From Octopus vulgaris (lineage: Eukaryota): a stretch of 64,000 nucleotides of DNA. The translations under genes were made by a program, and so were the position numbers. Shown here one piece after another: positions 1 to 13,050 of the stretch; the stretch's first letter is position 1, and every line of letters starts with the position of its first letter. Location of the stretch: NCBI GenBank assembly GCA_951406725.2, contig OX597834.1, positions 2,046,001 to 2,110,000 on the forward strand, in the 5' to 3' direction. A model generated the notes under the pieces. That model saw only the letters and a program-made list of their open reading frames with translations, had not been told where the DNA came from and did no database searches.

Positions 1-154
1 CTCCACTCTCAGATCACCTGAAAAGCTCAGGACCCTCTCCTTCGGCCTTTTACTGAATTATACACCCATGTACATACTTACACACAGCACCACACACACA
101 CCTCCTCCTGCAATCATTCTATCCCTCCCTTTTTATTTGTATTTAAATTTTTAA

Positions 155-298
<144 letters not shown>

Positions 299-504
299 TA
301 AGTCTTGAGCAAGTCTCTCTCTATTCCTATCTCCATGTACTGCATGAAATCTTCTCAAACAATTAAAGAGTGACTTTTATAAATGTCTGGACAGAGAAAC
401 CTCAGTAAATTGGCCCCAGTCTATTACTGATGCTGACTAGATAGCAGAAGTGTAGAGGAATGAATAGACCCTAGTGTATAACTGGTACCAATTCAATCTC
501 TAAA

Positions 505-720
505 TATCATTGTTTAACATCCGCTTTCCCTCGTAGCATGGGTTGGACGGTTTGAGATGAAGCTGGGAGCTGTCCAGGCCCCAATTGTTTGTTGTGGCAT
601 GGTTTCTATTACCGATTGCCCTTCCTAATGCCCACCACTTCTTGACAGTGTGTGCTGGATGCTTCTCATGTGCCACCAGCATGGCTGCATCTGCACAGCA
701 CCGGTGCAGCAGCACTGACA
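505..720 (-). mobile_element. Diverged RTE-type 3' tail (others at about 41370-41560, 42220-42415 and 43900-44100)
   Basis: tttaacatccgcttt...gcatgggttggacggttt...gcccttcctaatgcc.accact motif shared with the RTE tails. Confidence 0.65.
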
Positions 721-1278
721 CAGGTTAAATCTTGTTAGACACGCAGTCCTCTTCTCTCATTTATGACAGAGGATCACGACCAATCTGGGGCATCACCTTT
801 TAAGGATGCTTTTGGTTATATTGATCCTGGTATTTATTTCATCTTCCTCAGAATGATGAAACACAAACTTGACTTGGGTCGGATAAACAATAATGCCGGC
901 TCTGGAATTGGTGGTGGTGGTCATGGTGTTGCAGGGCAGGATACTTAGAGTTCTTTTTATTAACAGCTGATTGATGATTGATAAAAATTTAATGACAGAT
1001 GATTAATAAGATGTGATTGGTAAAAGAAGCTTAATGACAGATGATTGATAAAAGATAAAGATTAAAAAGTTAAATGATTGATAAATGATTTACTTTTATA
1101 GTATTGAAAAGAGCCTTTATCTAGAAAACAGATGATTGAAGACTCTTGAAATGAGTTGGGGGTGGGGCAAGGAATGGAAACTAATTCTGTGGAGTGGGCA
1201 TGGCTGGACACGTACTCGTGTCCCTCTCTGTCCTTCCGTCTGCAAATGTCCTAAAAATACTGAGGTGTTCTGTTGCAG

Positions 1279-1345
1279 GAGAAGTACATACAACCATTTA
1301 AGCAGTTGGTTAACGGATGCCAGGAATTTAACAAATCCTAATACG
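1279..1345 (+). CDS. RAB14: Rab14 coding exon (67 nt)
   Basis: ttgcag/gtaag boundaries; [22 protein letters not shown], Rab14-diagnostic; phase matches the previous exon. Confidence 0.96.
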
Positions 1346-2005
1346 GTAAGTGGTGCCAGTCTCTTTTAATTCTTTTACATCTCCACCATCACTGCAAGTT
1401 TTTGTGATTGATTGACCTATGAGAAATAGCAGCCAAATCTCCCTCAAACCACATTTTACTCTCTTATATAAAGGATGCTGTTGATAATTTTGTCCAGGTG
1501 TCTACTATTCTTAAGAGTCAAAGAAGTTTGGTCATGGTTGGAATGATCTTTGTCAATGTAGTTGCTGTATCAGAGTTGGCCTAGGGTTATATAGCACCAC
1601 CCCTTCTCCTGCCCCCCCCCCTCACTCTCTACTGCAATCTGTCTTCTTCTCTGGAAGCTGTCTGTTGTTGAATGTATGTTGAGCTGGGTGTATATAGTAT
1701 CATGTATGTATCTTAGACCTGTACTATGTAGTTGGTGTGGATAACCCCTAGTTAAACCTATGATCAAAGACACTCCAGCCAGGACCATCCTGTTTTAATA
1801 TAGCCATCTGCTTTTCGTCTGTCTTTATGCTCTGAGTTCAAATTCCGCCATGGTCGACTTTGCCTTTCATCCTTTCAGGGGTTTATAAATTAAGTACCAG
1901 TTGCATACTGGGGTCGATCTAATCGACTGCCCCCACCCTCAAATTTCAGGCCTTGTGCCTAAAGTACAAAAGAATATAGCCATTTGCAACTATGTCTTCT
2001 GATGC

Positions 2006-2224
2006 TGTGATTCTCAACCATTTTTCACCTGTGGACCCCTGTGGTTCCTATTTTAGACATTTAAAAAAGTCCCATTATATTTTTAGAATTAAATATTTTT
2101 AGGAATTGTATTGAAAAATATTGTTAAAACATTTTGTTTATTGATGAAGCAGAGTCAATTTATTGCTGATAAATTTTAACAAAAATGGCCCAAGGGCCCG
2201 ATTGACTTCGGTTGAGAATCACTG
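2006..2224. mobile_element. hAT-type MITE
   Basis: ctgtgattctcaacc / ggttgagaatcactg inverted termini. Confidence 0.7.
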
Positions 2225-2602
2225 ATTTCATATGTTCTTCTGTTGGGATGTAATTTGAGAAGGATTTGGCTACTCTTTCTAGCAGGTTGTGTGACTACAT
2301 AAAGATTGTCTTATGCTGGTACAAAACACAAGTTTACATTGAAATACACGTACACAAATTTACATCACAATACTATTCACACACACACACACAGTTCAAT
2401 ATTATTTACATACACACACAGAGTTCACATTATTACTTAACTGCATGCACACACACAACAACAACAAGTTATACTCACAAAAATCCCATTACAGAGCTAT
2501 TAAACACCCGCCCACCCCAATCTGTTGTGTGGGTGTATATTCCACAAAGTTACTTGTAGTTGAAATGTAAACTAATTAATCTCCAATATTTGTATTGATT
2601 AG

Positions 2603-2690
2603 GTTATATTTTTGATTGGCAATAAATCAGATTTAGAAGGACAAAGAGATGTTACATATGAAGAAGCTAAACAGTTCGCTGAAGAAAATG
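2603..2690 (+). CDS. RAB14: Rab14 coding exon (88 nt, G4 NKxD)
   Basis: ttag/gtaag boundaries; [30 protein letters not shown]. Confidence 0.96.
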
Positions 2691-3185
2691 GTAAGTTATT
2701 CCTTCTCTTTAGTGTTGTTGCTGCAAGAGGGGAGAACTATTGCAGCCTCCCTCCCCCCTCCCCCTCTGTTCTGTATGTCAAGTCGTCTCCAATCTTGTGA
2801 CTGGGTTGATTGGCAGTGGGGTGAGGGGTTCTTTGGGGTAAACAGTTTTGAGTATTTGGGGTGATGGACAAATAGTAGTTCACAAAGTAATCCCTTGCTT
2901 GAAAAAACAAATAAGGGTTGGTGATAGCAAGAGCATCTGGCTGTAAAACAGGGTTTTGAATAATATGTTGGTCCAACCCATGGAATAATAGATGTAAAAC
3001 AAACATTTGTATGGCTGTGGGGTCTGTTCACATGCAGGTGTGTGTGTGTGTGTGTGTGTGTGTGCACGCACGTACATATATTCACAGCTAAGCATTCATA
3101 TATACAGTGTGTATATATGGAGAGAGAGAGAGGCAATTACATTCATGTGTATATATGTTAATAGATGATCACTACTATGTGTGTT

Positions 3186-3212
<27 letters not shown>

Positions 3213-3216
<4 letters not shown>

Positions 3217-3436
3217 TCTGTTGTGTCTGGGGAGAGTCATTCTCTTTTAGTGCCTTGTTATTTAACACACTCACCGGTAAAATTTCCTCTTATTTCTTAT
3301 TTTCTAAAATTTTCGTTGCATCTTGCAACCTTTTCAGTAGTCTTGACTAAAAGAGAATGACTCTCCCCAGACACAACAGAATATGCTTCAACATACGAAC
3401 TCATATAAAGAATCTTGCAAACCAAAAACGAAATAT
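3213..3436. mobile_element. Solo Penelope-type terminal-repeat fragment with an inverted segment
   Basis: Same sequence as 22711-22910; 3213-3348 is inverted and 3349-3436 is forward, giving a roughly 35-bp inverted repeat (ttctgttgtgtctggggagagtcattctcttt / aaagagaatgactctccccagacacaacagaa). Confidence 0.7.
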
Positions 3437-3573
3437 TTATAATGTCAGTGTATATATATGTATATAAATAAAACTGTGCTCATTAAAATCTGAAGCAGTG
3501 TACACAATATGTGTACATAATTCACCAGTGATTTGAACCTGTTTCTAATGTTTTGTGACCTCTTCTCTTCCAG

Positions 3574-3604
3574 GTTTAATGTTCCTAGAATGTAGTGCTA
3601 AAAC
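3574..3604 (+). CDS. RAB14: Rab14 micro-exon (31 nt, G5 SAK)
   Basis: ttccag/gtaagt boundaries; (G)LMFLECSAKT; phases 1 and 2 fit the neighbouring exons. Confidence 0.94.
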
Positions 3605-4260
3605 GTAAGTAATCTGTCGTTATCATTGATTATCACTGTTCTTAATTACTGACTGATTCACTGTCACTGTTAATTCACACTGACAGAGACAAGCCTTCTA
3701 TCCATTGGACCAGTTGGTGGTCATTTATTAAAAAGCCAGTCTCTTTTTGGCCCATTTGACCATTTCATCCTACATCTCATTTGTTTGAGTCAGTTTCTTG
3801 TGCCAGCTGGGTTACCCCTGGCCAGTTTCCTCTAATGGTCAGGGAGACTGTTGTATCAGGGGCCCACACATAACGCAGTGTAATGATTCTCCAACCAAGA
3901 CGCTACAACCTGCACACAACACTACTCGCACTGCTACCTTACATCATATACAATACACAACACCACTTATGCTGTTACCCAACACCGGGACATCACAAGG
4001 GAGAACACTTATCCATGCCCTGTGCTTCCCAATAAGCCTTAATGCACTAAAAACGTTTTCCTGGATATACACTGCTGAAAATTAGGGTGCATTTAATACA
4101 CCCTCATTAAATATGGTATGTCCCTTAAGATTAGCTCAATCATTAGAGACAAACACACTCCTCACTTTGTAATGACTCTGAGCATAAGAAAATATTCTTC
4201 TGCTTCAAAGACACGAAAGCTTTAAATTCCTAGTGCTCTGTTTTATACAGTTGTGTGTAT

Positions 4261-5000
4261 CATCATCATCATCATCGTTTAGCGTCCGTTTTCCATGCTA
4301 GCATGGGTTGGACGGTTCTACTGGGGTCTGTGAAGCCAGAAGGCTTCATCAGGCCCAGTCAAATCTGGCAGTGTTTCTACGGCTGGATGCCCTTCCTAAC
4401 GCCAACCACTCCGTGAGTGTAGTGGGTGCTTTTTACGTGCCACCCGCACTGGTGCCAGACAGAGCTGGCAAACGGCCACGAACGGATGGTGCTTTTTATG
4501 TGCCACCGGCACGAGGGCCAGGCGAGGCTGGCAACGGACACGAAACGGGGCGGTGCTGGCAACGGTCGCGAAACGGAAAGTTCTCTTACATGCCACCGGC
4601 ACTGGTAACACATCTGCAATTTCCATTGATCGATTTCCATTCTGATCCTCACTTGCCTCAACGGGTCTTCACAAGCAGAGTTTTGACATGCCACCGGCAC
4701 TGGTAGCACATCCGCAATTTCCATTGATCGATTTCGATTCTGATCCTCACTTGCCTCAACACGTCTTCACAAGTAGAGTTTTGTGTCCCAAGAAGGCAAG
4801 GTATGCATACGTAGGCCGGCTCCATCCCATGTAGAAGGCCACGGGTTATGGACTCACTTGTCCTGCTGGGTCTTCTCGCGCACAGCACACTTCCAGAGGT
4901 CTCGGTCTCTAGTCATTTCCTCAGTGAGACCTAAAGTTCGAAGGTCGTGCTTCACCACCTCGTCCCAGGTTTTCCTGGGTCTGCCTCTTCCACAGGTTCC
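4261..5000 (-). mobile_element. RTE-clade LINE 3' end
   Basis: Reverse strand encodes GTCGRGRPRKTWDEVVKHDLRTLGL, then the shared 3'UTR and (GAT)n tail; near-identical to the 8780-9554 copy. Confidence 0.9.
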
Positions 5001-5233
5001 ATAAATATATATATATATATATAACTATACACACACACACAACTGTATTCATTGATGTTGAATAATTGTAAATGTTGTCCTCGTCTAAATATTACCTCTG
5101 TTTACTAAATTATACCCTGAATTTAGTTATAATTAATTGGAAATTATTTTGCATTTTTTTTTTAAATCTTAAAGTTTATTATGGGGAGGCATTTTCTATC
5201 ATGGTTACTTGGACTATTTATATATATGTGTAT

Positions 5234-5288
<55 letters not shown>

Positions 5289-5536
5289 TACATACTCATA
5301 GTCACACCATCAGTAAATACTCTTAAAATTATTGGAAAATAACTTATCTATTTATTTATCAGGGTAGGCAGTTTATTTTACCCACCCAGGCACCTGGTGT
5401 GTGTGTACATACTTTTCAGCCAATCTTCTAATATTGGCTATAAAAATAGACATGTGGTTTGGTTTGTAGAAAATTGAATCTAATTATTGGTCTATGAAAT
5501 AACGTTTAACAAAGTAATTAATGTGTGTTATTTCAG

Positions 5537-5605
5537 TGGAGAAAATGTAGAGGATGCTTTTCTGGACACAGCTAAAAAAATTTACCAAAATATTCAAGAT
5601 GGAAG
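5537..5605 (+). CDS. RAB14: Rab14 coding exon
   Basis: tttcag/gtaag boundaries; [22 protein letters not shown]. Confidence 0.95.
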
Positions 5606-7899
5606 GTAAGTGACTGTGAATGAATTATTGCAAGTTAGAGTTGATAGGTGGATGTTGTTGTTGCTGTTGTTGTTGTTACTGTTGGAACGTAAGTTCAAAT
5701 ATTGTTAGAAGGATTGGAGTTTTAGATGAAGTTGTATTAACCTTGTTCTGCCCCTGAAGAGTATGAAGCATTTTGGCCCCATCAGGGATTCAATGCGGAT
5801 TTATTTGACATCAAATGGTTTATCCCTGGAACCGTTTGGCACTGAAAATTCTATAAACTTTTAATCCTAACTCCAATAATTTGTTTGTGACGGTTGAACG
5901 AAATATCAAACAGAAAAGAAAATGTTCTCAGGATGGATTTCTGTGCATTTTTGACAAAGTAGAACTTACGAGGAATTACAATGTTTGCACTTTGAGCAGA
6001 AAAAAAAGGGAGAGAGTGAAACCTTAAGATGAATTAAACTACCCTGGTTGCTACAAACACATCTCATTCTGTGTTTATTTTGTGAAGAGGGGAAGTGTTT
6101 GTGGCATTTAATACATTTTCATGTTGCTTTCATTCTCTCTCTTTTTATATTTTGGCATGTTTGCTGCCAGTACCCAAACTATCAGCCAATAATCCCAAAC
6201 TGGTTCCTTGTCCAGTGAGCCATGCCAGATGACCATAAATCCATCATCTCACTCATTGCACTGTCCCTGGGACACATTCAAAAACTACATCAATCCTCCA
6301 TTGCTCAACAAAACTCAACCTCGTAAGTGGCTGAGTATTCCAAAGATGCTATCTGCAAAACTCAGCAGGTCTCTGTATGACAAGGTTGGCTCCTTTCATT
6401 TCCCAGTGCCTTCCATTTTTTATTGTAGTGTAGGTGGCTGAGTATTCCACAGACACTTCTCACAGCATGACACAGTGATCTTTGTGCTGGCCTCTTGAAA
6501 TACACCTCCAACCCATCCTTAGGGCTTCCTCAAGTTTCCCTCACAAGACTTGAGTCAACTTGAAGCCATACTAAAAGACCCTTGACCAAAATGCCATGCT
6601 GTATGATTGAACCCAGCACCTTTCCATTATGAAGTACATCTCCGAACTACTTAGCCCTGCCTCTATCTATTTTGCTTCAAGCACATAAGCGGCCACTCAC
6701 AAGGCTTTGGTCAGTCTGGGGCCTGAGTAGGAAATCCTTACCTCATGTGCCATGCTGTGAGACGGAACCAAAAATCTACAGGGAAGCAAATGGTAGAAAC
6801 TGAAAGAAGCCCATCACACGTGTGTGTGTGGGGGGTCCTTGTCTTAATAATTGTAAATAAGTCACCATCACACGTTTGATGTCCAATTTTCTGTGGAAAA
6901 CCTGTCTGACCCTGGGGAAATATTGTCTTACCTGGAAATAGGTGAGGGTTGGTGACAGGAACAGCACCTGGCCATCAAGACCCTGCCTCAGTGGATTCTA
7001 TCTTCCACCCATAACATCCACTTTTCCTTATGAAAATTAAATAATGTTGATGATGATGATGGTGTTTAGGTATGAGAGGGGGGAGGGGAGTGTCCTTAGT
7101 CACGTTGCCAAAGTGTTTTTGTCTGAAGAAATGCTGTTCTTGTAAAGTTGTAAAGAGTTATTCCCCCTTAATAAGAAATGCAAAATCCAATTCTGGGAGT
7201 TGTCTGTTGCCATAATTGGTTCTACTTTGGATGAGAGAATGGTAAAAAAAAAAGCCATTGGGGATAACTGGAGAAATGGAGCAGCTGTCATGTGAACCCT
7301 GCCAAAAAAAAAAAAAAAAAGAGAGAAATGTCACAATTATTTCCAGATGAAATACAACTATATTGACAACTTTGTTGTTAGTTGAGTAATTATGGAGTGA
7401 CCTGATCGATTAACTTGGACGTGTATGGTGATGGAGGAGGAGGATGCAGTGTCGGGAAATGTTTCAAGTCAATCGATTCTCTGGATAAAAGGATTTGAAG
7501 TCTTTTTAAAAAGTGCAGACATTGAAATAAATTATATTTTATTATTAAATTATAATTAAGTGATTGGAATTGTTTCTGGTTAAGTGAAGGCTGCTGTAGA
7601 TTTAACTGAAAGGTTTATATACCATACCAGAGGTTTCTGATAGATTCTTCTTCCATATTTATCACATCACCTCTAGATTTTATCCTGTTGCTGTTATATT
7701 TCACAATTCTCTCTCCTCCCTGTATGTGTGTGTTTGGAGACACACACACACACACATTCCCGACTCAAAATTCATAACCATTGATTGTGTAATAAATTAT
7801 CTACTCCCTTAGCATTTTAGGAATAATTTTCATTTTATTACAATTTTCTTATCTATACTTTTGATACTTTGAATAATTTTTGAGATGTGTGTGTGTGTA

Positions 7900-7959
<60 letters not shown>

Positions 7960-7961
<2 letters not shown>

Positions 7962-8770
7962 GGGTGTGGTGAATAAACTGTCACTAAATTATGTAAAAAT
8001 GAAAATAACACTGACATCTCATTTTAACAGATATATTTACCAAAATTACATAAAAATATCTTGAAATGCTAAAGAATAAATTTATTCAATGAAATTGCCA
8101 TTGGCTTCAACCACAACCTCCAGATGACTTCGGAATCTCGTGCAACTCTTCTGGATGGTCTCCTTGTTTGTTTAAGTTGTTGAATGTTGCCATAATCCTT
8201 GCCTTCATTTCATCTTTGGTGTTAAAAAGGAGTCTTGTTGGTTTCACGCTCAACTGCACCCCACACATAATAATCAAGGGAGTTGCAGTCTGGGGAGTTA
8301 GGGATGATGTGGTTGCAGAAATTGTGTGAAAGCCATGACTGGGTTCTCCTGCTTGTGTGGCATGGTGCAGAGTCTTGTTGCCAGACATAGGGTCTTCTAG
8401 CAGCCAGCCTAGGGCAGCACCACCTCTTCCAGGCACTTGGCGTAGGTCTCTGTGTTGAGTCTGAGGCCATGTGGGAAGATGAATGTAGGCATAATGTTGC
8501 CATCACTGGTGATCACTTCAAACACCATGATGTTGACTGGATGTTTGATTTTTATCACTCTCAGTACATGTCCTCAGACTGGCACCCAAACACTCTCAAA
8601 TGTTTGTATTGAAGCTTCTGGCACAAATGCCAAGCAATACAGCATGTTGCTTACAAGTTTCTGGCAGAGTGAATTGTGTTATGATGCTGTTTTTTCACTG
8701 ACGGTGCCCTACTGACCCTACTATACTGTGTAGTCAACAAAATGAAAAACAAACAATACACATGCACAAT
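7960..8770 (-). mobile_element. Tc1/mariner DNA transposon remnant
   Basis: Reverse strand: RRPYVWQQDSAPCH...PNSPDCNSLDYYVWGAVERETNK (SPDxNPxD catalytic motif), frameshifted; CAGGGTG terminus next to a TA/CA repeat. Confidence 0.85.
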
Positions 8771-8779
8771 ATATATATA

Positions 8780-9554
8780 TGGATATGTAATGTCAGTGTT
8801 CATACTCGACAGAGTGTAAGTACCTTGAGAGAAAAGTTTGACCTAAGAAGCATCAGTTGTGGTGTGCAAGAGAGACGTTTGCGCTGGTATGGTCATGTGG
8901 CGAGAATGGATGAAGATAGTTGTGAGAAAAAGTGCCACACCCTAATGGTTGAGGGAACCTGTGGAAGAGGCAGACCCAGGAAAACCTGGGACGAGGTGGT
9001 GAAGCACGACCTTCGAACTTTAGGTCTCACCGAGGAAATGACAAGAGACCGAGACCTTTGGAAGTATGCTGTGCACGAGAAGACCCGGCAGGACAAGTCA
9101 GGCCATAACCCATGGCCTCTATCTGGGATGTAGCCAGTCCACTTATGCATTCCTTTCCTTCTTGGGACACAAAACTCTACTCATGAAGACCTGTTGAGGC
9201 AAGTGAAAATCGAAATCGTAATCAATCAACATCAATGGAAATTGCAGCTGTGATACCAGTGTCGGTGGCACGTAAGAGAACCATCTGAACGTGGCCGTTG
9301 CCAGCTCCGCCCCGACTGGCCTCCATGCCGGTGGCACGTAAAAAGCACCATCCGATTGTGGCTGTTTGCCAGCCTCATAAAAAGCACCCACTACACTCTT
9401 GGAGTGGTTGGCGTTAGGAAGGGCATCCAGCTGTAGAAACACTGCCAGATCAGACTAGAGCCTGGTGCAACCTCCTGGCTTCCCAGACCCCAGTTGAACC
9501 ATCCAACCCATGCTAGCATGGAAAACGGACGTTAAACGATGATGATGATGATGA
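8780..9554 (+). mobile_element. RTE-clade LINE 3' end, 5'-truncated, inserted in (AT)n
   Basis: RRLRWYGHVARMDEDSCEKKCHTLMVEGTCGRGRPRKTWDEVVKHDL is a typical RTE ORF C-terminus; 3'UTR; (GAT)n tail. Confidence 0.92.
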
Positions 9555-9821
9555 TATATATATATTTAATTTCAAGACCACAATTCTCAGAAAATATTAA
9601 TACATTATTGAATCTAGAGTAGATATGTTATGAATGTAAGCAACATTTCGAGTTTCCTGCCTTTCTTCAAGGGCAAGTACTGTGTGTGTGTGTGTGTGTA
9701 GCATCTTATGTTCCCGAGTCTTATTAAATGTTTCCCCTGTGATATGAGATGTGAAACTTTACCGTAAATACTTTTTGTTTCTCTGTTGCTTCTTAATGCC
9801 ATTTTCTGTGTCTCTTTGCAG

Positions 9822-9927
9822 TCTTGACCTGAATGCTGCCGAGTCCGGAGTACAGCACAAACCGTCAGCTCCCCGTAATGCTCTTAATACAGACCAAGCC
9901 CCAAGCAAAGAGGGCTGTGGTTGCTAG
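9822..9927 (+). CDS. RAB14: Rab14 terminal coding exon with CXC prenylation motif
   Basis: ttgcag acceptor; [35 protein letters not shown] then TAG at 9925-9927. Confidence 0.95.
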
Positions 9928-10633
9928 CCTTAACAACTAGTGTGCTATCAACGTGGTGTGTAATTACATCAACATAGAAACACTCTTCTACAACTGGACG
10001 ATGAATGAGGACACTTATTGAGTGTGAGTGAGGGAGAGTGTGTGTGTGTGTGTTTGAGTGAGAGAGTGAGTGGGAGTGAGAAAGGATGACAAATTGAACA
10101 ACCATTCCATGTTCTGCCAATGTTGTGTGCAGAAGTTCCCAAATATTGTGGATAGTAGGTGCTAGATGGCGGGGGAAACCAGCAAAACCTGCACTGACCA
10201 GCAACACTGACCACTTCAATGTTGACCTCCTGCAAAATCTTGCTGCTGTCTACGTGTAACTGGGCATCTAGGGACAGCTCTTCAATTTTTGATTTTGTTT
10301 TTTTTTAATCCTTTTATGTGGCTTTTTTGTTTTTGTTTGTTTTTCTTTTGTGTATGTGTGTGTGTGTGTTGTTTATCTTCTTCCCTCTGTGCGTGCATGT
10401 GTGTGTGTGTTCTGTCTAAGCTGGTCAATAGCACCTGCTGGTAATTTGCATATCAAGTCTTTCCAAAAAAAAAAGGAAAAAAAAAGAAAAAATGTTAAAT
10501 TAATTTAGCCCAAACCTGCTGCCATTTTTGTAGAGTCCTGCCTAGTTGTTGTATTAATGCTAACATCCCAGTTAGGAAGCTGAGAGAGAGAGAGAGAGAG
10601 AGATGTGTTGGTCGATGATCCACAATATGTATG

Positions 10634-10670
<37 letters not shown>

Positions 10671-12152
10671 TGCCACCCACCCCAGTCCTCTTCCTCCTCC
10701 TCCTCACAATTAGACGACAACAACTGTAAGCATTTTATCTTTGTTGACTCTCCTCCCCCTCCTAAACAGATTAATATGTTGTAAGTCGTTAAATATAATT
10801 AACTGTGATGTCATCTCTAATACTATATCTGTCTGTCTGTCACATCTCTCCTCTGCCCTTTCCCCCTCCCCCCCCGTCTCAACAACACAACCAATCACAT
10901 CCTCCGCCTCAAAACCGTTCCTTCAATTATATGGAGAAACCGTTCTAATGAGAGGTTTTAATTAATTGTCATTTATTGTTATTTTGTTTTTAATTAGTAA
11001 AGACAAGAAGAGAACCAGTTGTATTATGTTATGTTTCTTTTTTTTTTTTTTTTCAATTTTATTCATATTTATTCTGTCTGGGGTTTATAACTGTGACCTT
11101 TCACCTTTTGTTTGGCTGACATCAAGGTTAGTGAACTTTCTGTGTAAGCTTTGACATTCGTTTCTGATGGAGTTTGTTACACACACACACACACACCCAC
11201 ACCTTACTGCTGAACTTCTTAACAACTTTCCCTGCCGTAAATTCCTTCAGTAATCTCCTTAACACCTCTCCTTGCTCTCCCTAACTCCTCTCCTATATCA
11301 CACTACAGTTTATATAAACCCACAACTTACTGACAAAGAATCCAGTTATTTCTAGATACATTTAAAACGATGGAGGTCTGGTGGGGTGTCAAGAATTTCA
11401 AGTTTTGTCTTTTGTTAGTTTTGGAAACTAAAACAATTCTATTTATTAAAAAAAACTTGTTGAAAATGTTTTATCCTTAGAGTTTCTCTTTCTTGGGGCT
11501 AACTTAACAATTTTTCCTATTTCCCATCTTGAAGAACCCTTATCCCTAATTTACCCCAGTTTTACTTTTCTGTCATTTGGTTGGCTACAGTATCTTTGGA
11601 ATCTAAACTACTTTGCTCTCTTCTGCCTTACACCATTGCAGGCTTCTTTTTCTAATGAAACCTTAATTTTTCTCACACCCCTACTAATTCACCCTACTCC
11701 TTGAACCTTAACATTTGTTTAAGGGTCAGTTTGAAAGTCAACAAATTTTTTTTTAAATGCCCACAAATGTTGTTTATCAGTTGTTTCTGAAACCGTATCT
11801 CAACTGGTATTTTACAATATGTCGATATTGTTTGTGATCTTGGGATCAGTTATTCTAGAAATGATTCTCTTATATTCTCTAGATCACGTTTTCTTTTCTC
11901 TGTAATTCCCTGTGGACAATTCACACCATCCAATCATTTTCCACAAAAGAACCAATACTAATTGTATGTTGAAGGTGTGTGTGTGTGTGGAGGGGAGGAC
12001 TGACCAGTCATGGCAGCCACAAAACCCATTCTCACCATTTCACACCATGAAACTAAATAACCTGTAAAATTAGATTTCAACAAAAGTAGTTCTTTTCTTC
12101 CTTCTTTCTTTTACAAAGGAGTTGGGGGGGGGTCTCTACTCCTTTTCCCCTG

Positions 12153-12191
<39 letters not shown>

Positions 12192-13050
12192 GTTGTTGCT
12201 ATACTGTGATGATGAAATGATGTTTGTGTGTCTTGAGAAAGGTCTGTCACTCACACTCCAATATCCAATCTATAACACTCAATCATACGACACTTCTCAC
12301 TCCAAAAATTACGAAATACATTTTAAAAGGTAACCAAAGCTACTCAGTTCTTTTATATTTGTCTGAGGTTTAGGTCTCTCCATTCCCGACTGTTTGGAGT
12401 CTCCACTCCAAAATGTTAGATTCAGAGCTTCACTCAATATTGTCAAGTTGAGCTTTCCATTCACTCAGGTTAAATGTAGGCCTCTAACTCAGATCCCCCC
12501 CCCCTCCATTAGTCATTCTTGAGAAACATCTGATGATGAAATTCAAACGTTTAAGAAATATTGGAGTCAGACTCTCAGCAATAGGCTTCTTCTCTCTCTC
12601 TCTCTCCAATATTGATATTATTTAATATTGTGTATTTCATAAACTCTGTCCTGCTTGTAAATATTTGTTTGTCCTTGGCAATCTACTTTTTGTTGCCTAG
12701 CAACAAAACTAACCCCAATGTCAGCCATTTTATCTCCACAGATACAGAAAAAAAAGGGTTTCTCTTTGAACCTTCAACATGGACGCAAAGAAGTTTCTCT
12801 ATCTATTCCCCGGCTACTTTCTCTCTCTCTCTCTCTCTCTCTATCTATATCCATACATATACACACACACACACAAATATATAAATCTTATATATTGAAC
12901 ACCGAACAAGGGGGTTTTTTTTCCCACTTCTGTTTGTTTAAATAATTTTTCTTTTGTTTTTCTTTCACTGTAAATTTCTTCTCTTTTTCATTCCAATCTG
13001 CCTAGATAGGAAATTCTTCTTCAATAAAGCATGTCTGACCACAAGGTCAG
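9928..13050 (+). other. Probable long Rab14 3'UTR
   Basis: Follows the stop codon; U-rich and free of the SINE/LINE copies common elsewhere; AATAAA at 13023-13028 (another at 13758-13763). The 3' end is inferred. Confidence 0.45.
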
